The notes below the pieces were generated by a model. The model worked only from the letters and a program-made list of their open reading frames with translations, did no database searches and was not told the origin of the DNA. A program made the translations under genes and the position numbers. This document shows positions 57,382 through 64,000 of a DNA stretch of 64,000 nt, in pieces. The stretch lies in assembly GCA_028277625.1 (NCBI GenBank), contig JANQFW010000135.1, positions 9,424 to 73,423 of the forward strand. Reading direction: 5' to 3'. Positions within the stretch are counted from its first letter, which is position 1; every line of letters starts with the position of its first letter. Origin of the DNA: Candidatus Gastranaerophilales bacterium (lineage in GTDB: Bacteria > Cyanobacteriota > Vampirovibrionia > Gastranaerophilales > JANQFW01).

Positions 57382-57610
57382 TATACAATTACTTCTAAAA
57401 AGTATTTTTGAGCTAATATACTGCTTATTTTAGCATAGAAGAATTTTTTTTTCTTACCTCAAGAAAAATCATAAATTTTAGTATAACTAAAAAAGTTATT
57501 ATTCATTACTTATAATTGTTTGTTATAATTACGTATGTAAGATGATAGGAAAGTAATAATTATACTGATGGCTGGGGACAGCGGGTATAGAAGAAATAAG
57601 GAGCAGTTTT

Positions 57611-58912
57611 ATGACAGAGTTTAAACACGTCTACATATCAGAAATATCAAAGTATGAAGGGCAGGATGTTTGCCTTAAGGGATGGCTACACGGAAAGCGA
57701 TCAAGCGGAAAGTTACATTTTTTACAAGTAAGAGACGGTACAGGCCATATTCAAGCAGTAATTTTTAAAGGCGATGTTGACGAAGAAATGTTTAAAGCTG
57801 CTGATGCGCTAACTCAGGAATCTTCAATAGTGATATGCGGTACTGTAAAAGAAGATAAGCGCTCAAAAATAGGTTATGAAATAGGAGTAAAAAGCGTTAA
57901 ATTAATAACAGAATCTATTGAGTACCCTATTACACCTAAAGAGCACGGTGTAGCCTTTTTATTAGAACATAGGCATTTATGGTTAAGAGCTCCAAGGCAG
58001 CAAGCTATTATGAAAATTAGGCATCAGATAATTAAATCTGTAAGGGATTATTTTGACCAAAACGGATTTACGTTGGTTGATGCGCCTATATTTACACCTT
58101 CTGCTTGTGAAGGAACTACAAACTTATTTGAAACAACGTACTTTGAAGAAAAGGCTTATTTAACACAGAGTGGCCAACTTTATATGGAAGCTGCTGCCAT
58201 GGCATTGGGTAAAGCTTATTGCTTTGGACCGACTTTTAGGGCTGAGAAGTCTAAAACCAGAAGACACTTGACTGAATTTTGGATGGTTGAGCCGGAAGTT
58301 GCTTATAATGATTTGAATGATAATATGGATCTTGCTGAAGATTTTGTCGAGTACGTAGTTCAAGAAGTTGTAAAAAATAACAGAAAAGAACTTGAAGTAT
58401 TAGATAGGGATATTTCTAAACTTGAAAATGTTAAAAAACCTTTCCCTCGAATCAGCTATGATGATGCTGTTGAAATTTTGAGGAAAAATGGTCAAACTTT
58501 TGAATGGGGCGATGATTTTGGTGCGGAAGATGAGACTACTATTTCTGAACAATTTGATAAGCCTATTATGATTCATAGGTATCCAAGCGAATGCAAAGCT
58601 TTTTATATGAAGCCTGATACTGAAAATGAAAAGCTTGCGCTTTGTGTAGATATGATTGCCCCTGAAGGTTATGGTGAAATAATCGGTGGTGGACAAAGGG
58701 AAGATGATTTAGATGTATTATTAACCAAAATTAAAGAGCATGAATTGCCACAAGAAGCTTTCGAATGGTATTTAGATTTAAGACGTTACGGAAGTGTACC
58801 TCATGCAGGCTTTGGTATGGGTATTGAACGAGCAGTAAGCTGGATATGCGGATTGCATCACGTAAGAGAAACAATACCATTCCCTAGATTAATGGACAGA
58901 ATTAGACCGTAA
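57611..58912 (+). CDS. asnS: asparagine--tRNA ligase
   Basis: 433 aa. N-terminal OB fold. Class II motifs [21 protein letters not shown] and [27 protein letters not shown]. Confidence 0.92.
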   Translation: MTEFKHVYISEISKYEGQDVCLKGWLHGKRSSGKLHFLQVRDGTGHIQAVIFKGDVDEEMFKAADALTQESSIVICGTVKEDKRSKIGYEIGVKSVKLITESIEYPITPKEHGVAFLLEHRHLWLRAPRQQAIMKIRHQIIKSVRDYFDQNGFTLVDAPIFTPSACEGTTNLFETTYFEEKAYLTQSGQLYMEAAAMALGKAYCFGPTFRAEKSKTRRHLTEFWMVEPEVAYNDLNDNMDLAEDFVEYVVQEVVKNNRKELEVLDRDISKLENVKKPFPRISYDDAVEILRKNGQTFEWGDDFGAEDETTISEQFDKPIMIHRYPSECKAFYMKPDTENEKLALCVDMIAPEGYGEIIGGGQREDDLDVLLTKIKEHELPQEAFEWYLDLRRYGSVPHAGFGMGIERAVSWICGLHHVRETIPFPRLMDRIRP

Positions 58913-58928
58913 GGTAGAAACAATATTA

Positions 58929-59035
58929 AAAGGGCGAGCAAGTCCGCGTAGCCGGCGAAAAGCGAGCCCATATAAACAACTCCCCCTTGCTAGGGGATAA
59001 GGGGGTAGATATAAATAAATTTTTAGTACCTTAGT
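58929..59035 (+). repeat. copy C of the dispersed structured repeat
   Basis: AAAGGGCGAGCAAGTCCGCGTAGCCGGCGAAAAGCGAGCCCATATAAACAACTCCCCCTTGCTAGGGGATAAGGGGGTAGATATAAATAAATTTTTAGTACCTT, lying between asnS and the next + strand gene. Confidence 0.85.
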
Positions 59036-59053
59036 AAAGGAAAGGAAGAGAAC

Positions 59054-59485
59054 ATGGAAAATTTTAAAAACAAAGCTGTAGACTTTTTTAATCAAGGTTA
59101 TTCTTGCTCGGAAGCTATGATACAAGCTGCAGGTGACTGTAACCTCATTGACAAAGAAGATGCTAAAATCTTGAATAAAGCAGCAACTGTGTACTCTGGC
59201 GGAATGGGTAGCGGTTGCCTATGCGGTGCAGTTGCCGGTGTTGAAATTGTTATGGGATATCTTTTTGGCAGAGAAGATAATTCCAGCAGCCCAGATCAGG
59301 CTAAAAAGTTTGCTGCTGATTTAATAGATAAATTTAGAGAAAGAAGAAACGTAACCTGCTGCAAAGCATTGTCTGCAAAGTATGAATTTACTTCGCCAGA
59401 AAGACGTGAAAACTGCAATCATATTGTATATGATGCAGCTGAAATCCTTGAAAATCTTATAAAACCAAATCTTGTTAATAATTGA
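59054..59485 (+). CDS. C_GCAxxG_C_C family protein
   Basis: 143 aa. GYSCSEAM, GSGCLCGAVAG and TCCKAL cysteine motifs in the order typical of this family. Confidence 0.8.
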   Translation: MENFKNKAVDFFNQGYSCSEAMIQAAGDCNLIDKEDAKILNKAATVYSGGMGSGCLCGAVAGVEIVMGYLFGREDNSSSPDQAKKFAADLIDKFRERRNVTCCKALSAKYEFTSPERRENCNHIVYDAAEILENLIKPNLVNN

Positions 59486-59584
59486 AAAAAATATAGTAAA
59501 CTTATATTACAATTTTCTTTTTTCCATTCAAATTTCAAAGAACATACATTATAATATATACTAAAGATATGTAAAATAAACAAT

Positions 59585-60067
59585 TTGGTTAAAATATTGG
59601 AAATGAAAAAAGTAACAAGTCACATTAAAACTTTAATATTTATTTTGTGGAATATGATGGCATTTCTATGCCCGATTATTTTACAATATGCTGTTTTTAA
59701 ACTACAGCCGGTTTATTTTTCTTATACTCAGCTTGTTAGTAAATATTTTTTAGATATATTATTTAATTTTAAAGAATTTATAAATAAAATAATATTAAAA
59801 AATAAAAATAATAACACTGCCAAACACTTAGCAGCCGCTAAGCTTATACATGGCAATCAAAAGTCAATATTAAACAAATTTAATGCCAATATTAAAGCAT
59901 TAAACAATATATTGGAACACATAAAAAACATATTACAACTGGGATTAAAGGATGCGCCAGCCACGCAAAATTTAATTTCAAAACAGCACATTTTCCGCAT
60001 ACAGGATAAGTGTGCCTTTTTATACCCTTTTGCGGTGCAAAACTATCATTGTATCAATTGTCTTTAA
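59585..60067 (+). CDS. hypothetical protein (one TM)
   Basis: 160 aa. The ATG at 59603 is an alternative start. No family recognised. Confidence 0.4.
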   Translation: MVKILEMKKVTSHIKTLIFILWNMMAFLCPIILQYAVFKLQPVYFSYTQLVSKYFLDILFNFKEFINKIILKNKNNNTAKHLAAAKLIHGNQKSILNKFNANIKALNNILEHIKNILQLGLKDAPATQNLISKQHIFRIQDKCAFLYPFAVQNYHCINCL

Positions 60068-60117
60068 TTTTTATGCAACATACATTTGAATAAAAAAATT
60101 TTGATTTCTTTAAGGCT

Positions 60118-60150
60118 AAAAGGACGGGTTTTGTAATGCCTGTCTTTTTT
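60118..60150 (+). terminator. candidate intrinsic terminator
   Basis: GGACGGG-TTTTGTAAT-GCCTGTCT (with G-U pairs) followed by TTTTTT. Confidence 0.5.
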
Positions 60151-60165
60151 AGTTATATAAGAAAG

Positions 60166-60190
60166 GAAAAAAAAGCTGGCAAATGCCAGC
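60166..60190 (-). terminator. intrinsic terminator after glnK
   Basis: The minus strand reads GCTGGC-ATTT-GCCAGC followed by TTTTTTTT. Confidence 0.75.
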
Positions 60191-60260
60191 CTGTTACGTT
60201 GATATTTTGATGAGTAAATTGTTTAGGTATCTGAAATTTATTATTAAGCCACTGTACTAA

Positions 60261-60599
<339 letters not shown>

Positions 60600-60618
60600 T
60601 TATATTCGTCTCCATTTA

Positions 60619-62010
60619 TTACAGTGTATAACCTCTTTCACCGTGTTCACTAAGGTCTATTCCAGTATCTTCTTCTTCTTTTTTAACTCTAATACCAATT
60701 GTAGCATCTAACACTTTTAAAATAACAAAAGTTAAGATAAAAGCATAAGCAACAGCCGCAACTATACTTATTATTTGATTACCTAACAAGCCGGGATTTC
60801 CATAAAATAGACCATTAACACCATCAGGATTAACAGCAACAGTAGCAAATAAACCTGTTGCTATAGCTCCCCAGATTCCACCAACACCGTGTACGCCTAC
60901 AGCATCAAGAGAATCATCATAACCAAGCTTAGTTTTAAGGTTCACCGCAAAGTAACAAATTACACCTGCAACCAAACCTATAAATAAAGCTGGAATAGGC
61001 TTAACAAAACCAGCAGCGGGAGTGATTGCTACAAGGCCTGCGATAGCACCAGATGCAGCACCCAATGCAGTTGGTTTTTTCCTGTGTAGCCACTCTATTA
61101 AAAGCCATGACATAACAGCAGAAGCAGAAGCTATATGTGTAACAACAAACGCGGAAGTAGCTAAGGATCCTGCTGCTACAGCACTACCAGCATTAAATCC
61201 AAACCAGCCAAACCATAATAATGCAGCACCAAGTATTGTCATAATCAAGTTATGAGGAGGCATTGGCTCTCTTGAGTAACCTAACCTCTTGCCTATAACT
61301 AGTGCAGCAGCTAAAGCAGCAGCTCCCGAGCTAATGTGAACTACCAATCCACCTGCAAAGTCTAAGGCACCAAGGTTTAAAATCCATCCACCAGTACCCC
61401 AGACCCAATGAGCAAGAGGACAGTATACTAATGTTAACCAAATTACCAAAAAGATAATATAGGATGAAAACTTAAATCTTTCTGCTATTGCACCTGAAAT
61501 AAGAGCAGGCGTTATAACAGCAAACATCATTTGGAATATCATAAATAACTGATGAGGTATTGTTGTAGCATAGTCAGCACTTGGTTCTAGCCCAACGCTA
61601 TTTAAACCAAACCAATCCAGTCCTCCGATAAAATGGCCTATATCTGGACCAAAAGCTAAGCTATATCCCCAAAGAACCCAAACAATTGTTGAAACACCTA
61701 AACAAACAAAACTTTGCATAACTGTTCCAAGAACGTTTTTACTTCTTACCATTCCCCCATAGAACAATGCAAGGCCGGGTGTCATCAACATGACTAGTGC
61801 TGTCGATATCAACATCCAAGTTGTATCAATATTATTGATTTGCTTTGCAACAACAGCAGCTTCTTCCGCAAAAGAAGCCCCTGTTGTACAAAGCAATAAG
61901 AAAAAAAGGGTTGTGATTGTAAGAGGAATTACTTTCTTTCTTAGGTTCACTAGCCTTACACCTATGAAAAAAGCAATTATCAGGTAAATATAACTATAAA
62001 AAACTTCCAT
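60619..62010 (-). CDS. amtB: ammonium transporter
   Basis: 463 aa, 11-12 TM. DFAGGLVVHISSG and VHGVGGIWG signatures. Confidence 0.93.
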   Translation of the reverse strand: MEVFYSYIYLIIAFFIGVRLVNLRKKVIPLTITTLFFLLLCTTGASFAEEAAVVAKQINNIDTTWMLISTALVMLMTPGLALFYGGMVRSKNVLGTVMQSFVCLGVSTIVWVLWGYSLAFGPDIGHFIGGLDWFGLNSVGLEPSADYATTIPHQLFMIFQMMFAVITPALISGAIAERFKFSSYIIFLVIWLTLVYCPLAHWVWGTGGWILNLGALDFAGGLVVHISSGAAALAAALVIGKRLGYSREPMPPHNLIMTILGAALLWFGWFGFNAGSAVAAGSLATSAFVVTHIASASAVMSWLLIEWLHRKKPTALGAASGAIAGLVAITPAAGFVKPIPALFIGLVAGVICYFAVNLKTKLGYDDSLDAVGVHGVGGIWGAIATGLFATVAVNPDGVNGLFYGNPGLLGNQIISIVAAVAYAFILTFVILKVLDATIGIRVKKEEEDTGIDLSEHGERGYTL

Positions 62011-62050
62011 ACTAATTTTAATCCTTTCTGCTCTTCATTCTATCTTCGAT

Positions 62051-63448
62051 TTAAAACGTTACCTGAGTAAGTACGCCTATTCTTTCGCTATTTTGTGAGG
62101 CTTGATTATCAACATGTACAAAGTCTACAAGCACACAAAAGTTATTCAAAGGAGCATAGTTTACGCCGATAGTGTATTCATTTTGACGATTTTTGCCTAT
62201 GCCTCTATTTGGATCAAAACTGTCTACTCGTCCAACGAGTTGCCATTTATCGTTTAACATATATGAATTATGCAGATACCAACCGCTAGCTTTTAAGCCG
62301 TTTGTGGCTCCATACCCTTTTGCTAAAGAGTATTCACCTTTAATAAAATATTTACCGTATCTGTATCCTGCATATGTGCCCCAGATATTATTAGATACTT
62401 GAGCTCCTCCAGAGTTGCCGAACCTTCCGTTATAAACACCACCACCTAATTCTAGCTCTCCTAACTCTGGAGTTTTATAGAACGGCTTTAAAACGGTCCA
62501 GCCAGTAAATGCAACTTCTCCGTTAATATTATCTAGGTTGTTCGCTCCATCGCCATTGTACACTCCTAGATAATAATCAACAAAATCATAGTTGCCTCTT
62601 ACTTTTATACCTGTATCTCTGGTGTCACCAAAGTTTCTTGAGATTTGAGCTTTATCAATGGTTTCAATTGTTGCAGGAGACTGCGCACCTTCTTGTCCTA
62701 TTGGTATTCTTGTTTGACCGAGGTAAACAGTATGATTTGGAAATATATTAGTAGACACATAAATATCACTTAATTGACTACTGCCTATGTTATATCTTCC
62801 TAAAAATCCAATATTCTCATGAACTTTGCCTTCTACTGTTATGTCGGCAAGTGGAAAGTAAAAATTGTTTGGATATCCGCTATAATCTTTGTTAATTGTT
62901 CCTGTATACTGGGCTTGTAGAGTACCGCCGATTTTGTAATCTTTTCCATATTCATACTTAAAGGATTTTTTGTCAGATTCAGCTAATTTAGAAACATTGC
63001 CTTTTAGCTGGCTAACAGATGATTCTAATCCTGTAACTTTGCTCATTAATGCTTTTGTTTCTAAACTAAGCTCTTCTTTAATAACCTCTATTTTGGCTTT
63101 TTCTACTTCATTGAGTTTTATGTTACGCTCTTCTATTTTGCCTACTAGATTAACAAGCATTATAGCAGCTTCTTTACGAGTTATAGGCTTGCTACTATTA
63201 GATTTTTTATAATCTAATCCAAATTTGCTTGTTAAATTTTCCAGTGTTTTATATGCACCAAATGAATTGCTTTTAGTATTCGTACTGTTATCACTCTGAC
63301 TTAGTGCAACTTGAATATCTTGTAGTAAAACATTATCAGCTAAAGCAGGCAAGCTAAATGCATATAGAGAGGCAAACATTGCCAGTTTAACTATTCGGAC
63401 TTTCTTGCTTTTCATTTTCGGATATTCTCCTTTCTGTCTCTCTTTCAA
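62051..63448 (-). CDS. outer-membrane porin with N-terminal SLH domain and coiled-coil linker
   Basis: 465 aa. Signal peptide, an SLH-like segment (ITRKEAAIMLVNLVGK), a heptad-rich linker, then a beta-barrel with alternating pattern ending in a C-terminal F (GVLTQVTF). Confidence 0.75.
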   Translation of the reverse strand: MKERQKGEYPKMKSKKVRIVKLAMFASLYAFSLPALADNVLLQDIQVALSQSDNSTNTKSNSFGAYKTLENLTSKFGLDYKKSNSSKPITRKEAAIMLVNLVGKIEERNIKLNEVEKAKIEVIKEELSLETKALMSKVTGLESSVSQLKGNVSKLAESDKKSFKYEYGKDYKIGGTLQAQYTGTINKDYSGYPNNFYFPLADITVEGKVHENIGFLGRYNIGSSQLSDIYVSTNIFPNHTVYLGQTRIPIGQEGAQSPATIETIDKAQISRNFGDTRDTGIKVRGNYDFVDYYLGVYNGDGANNLDNINGEVAFTGWTVLKPFYKTPELGELELGGGVYNGRFGNSGGAQVSNNIWGTYAGYRYGKYFIKGEYSLAKGYGATNGLKASGWYLHNSYMLNDKWQLVGRVDSFDPNRGIGKNRQNEYTIGVNYAPLNNFCVLVDFVHVDNQASQNSERIGVLTQVTF

Positions 63449-63510
63449 TGCTATTTCGATTTTAGGTCCAGACTAAATCTGGATAACATTTGCTAAATTA
63501 ATTTTTCTAT

Positions 63511-63552
63511 TAAAAAACCCGCTTCCTTTTGCTTAGGTCTGCGGGTTTTGTT
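63511..63552 (-). terminator. hairpin terminator upstream of the porin-amtB-glnK operon (A/T runs on both sides, possibly bidirectional)
   Basis: The minus strand reads ACCCGC-(18 nt loop)-GCGGGT followed by TTTTTT. The + strand has the same stem followed by TTTGTTTG. Confidence 0.6.
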
Positions 63553-64000
63553 TGTATTAAAAACTAGTTTATAATAACATCACCAATCAACAGACCTACA
63601 AAACTGCTTTTGTTGTTTCTGTATCTGACTCTGTTGTTTTTTGATGTTGTTATTACGCATTAACATTCAAGTTCTGCCTCATCAACGTTTCAACTTAATT
63701 AAAAGTTTATTCTAAGTTCTATTAATTGTAAAGTCTACAGCCAATGTAAATTGCTTTTGAGTTGATTTTGGATTTTACAAAATGAGTAGTTTTTTTTAAA
63801 TTTTTATCGAGTTGGTTTTAAATTTTTAAATTTTCAAATGCAAAAAATCTATTTTTGAACGAGATATTTAAAATTTTATAAAAAAGTAAGATTAAAAAAA
63901 TTTTTTTGAAATGTTAAGAAATGCTAAGAAGATTATTTCAGAAAATTCTTGATGGAGGAGGCAAACTCAGAAAGTTTAAGCATCTTTACGATTTTACTTT

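Noticed and set aside
57382-57610. Possible T-box leader upstream of asnS.
   Set aside because: There is no T-box consensus (AAUNNGGGUGGUACCGCG-like) and no specifier or terminator architecture. The region is almost entirely A/T.
58889-59125. 78-aa minus-strand ORF spanning the asnS end and repeat copy C.
   Set aside because: It is kept open by the GC-rich repeat and overlaps two well-supported + strand genes.
63511-63600. Possible glutamine (glnA-type) riboswitch or attenuator upstream of the porin-amtB-glnK operon.
   Set aside because: The segment contains AAGGAAGCG but lacks the GGAAGUA E-loop and the three-stem layout I remember for the glnA motif. The complementary 8-mer pairs with the loop rather than the stem, so it is not an obvious antiterminator. 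The simplest reading is an intergenic terminator followed by a promoter (TAAAAT about 40 nt before the ATG).
63933-64000. Open minus-strand frame ending ...SKIVKMLKLSEFASSIKNFLK-stop at the right edge.
   Set aside because: Only 22 codons are visible and no motif is present. I cannot tell whether it is the 3' end of a real gene.

Overview
AT-rich (about 30% GC by eye) chromosomal segment with about 60 protein genes on both strands, apparently from a diderm bacterium. The diderm call rests on a TonB-dependent receptor, an SLH-anchored porin and an Flp pilin. I recognised no rRNA, tRNA, CRISPR array, integrase or transposase. Housekeeping genes: efp (truncated at the left edge), aroQ, tex, nuoIJKLMN, holA/holB, asnS, hpf, a pabB-pabC fusion and porin-amtB-glnK. 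Regulated or accessory content: a cobalamin riboswitch in front of btuB-btuCDF, mglA plus a histidine kinase, an MCP, oxyR divergent from a reverse rubrerythrin, ablAB (N-acetyl-beta-lysine osmolyte genes), and a Fic / MNT-HEPN islet. Candidates for something new, in my order of interest: (1) a six-gene minus-strand operon (37677-42490): YjfI-like, PspA/IM30, DUF4178-like, tandem DUF350, Gly/Arg/Tyr-rich lipoprotein and a membrane-anchored spermidine-synthase-like enzyme, collinear with the uncharacterised E. coli yjfIJKLMC cluster. (2) An overlapping two-gene cassette of unknown function (28530-29454) between a class II Fic gene and an MNT/HEPN pair. (3) A dispersed, structured repeat of about 105 nt, always in + orientation and mostly just 5' of + strand genes. 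One copy sits inside the btuB riboswitch leader and another supplies the nuoJ stop codon. (4) A 397-bp tandem duplication in a 905-bp ORF-free gap, each unit ending in an intrinsic terminator (candidate CU-rich sRNA genes). (5) An endonuclease-Q-like PHP domain fused to a UvrD helicase. (6) mglA without mglB, coupled to a sensor kinase. (7) Two Flp-like units in the same reading frame, separated by one stop codon. All family assignments come from motif recognition by eye, since no searches could be run. Taxonomy is a low-confidence guess: the SLH porin, NDH-1-like gene set and MglA in an AT-rich genome would fit a Melainabacteria/Vampirovibrionia-like or similar deep diderm lineage.
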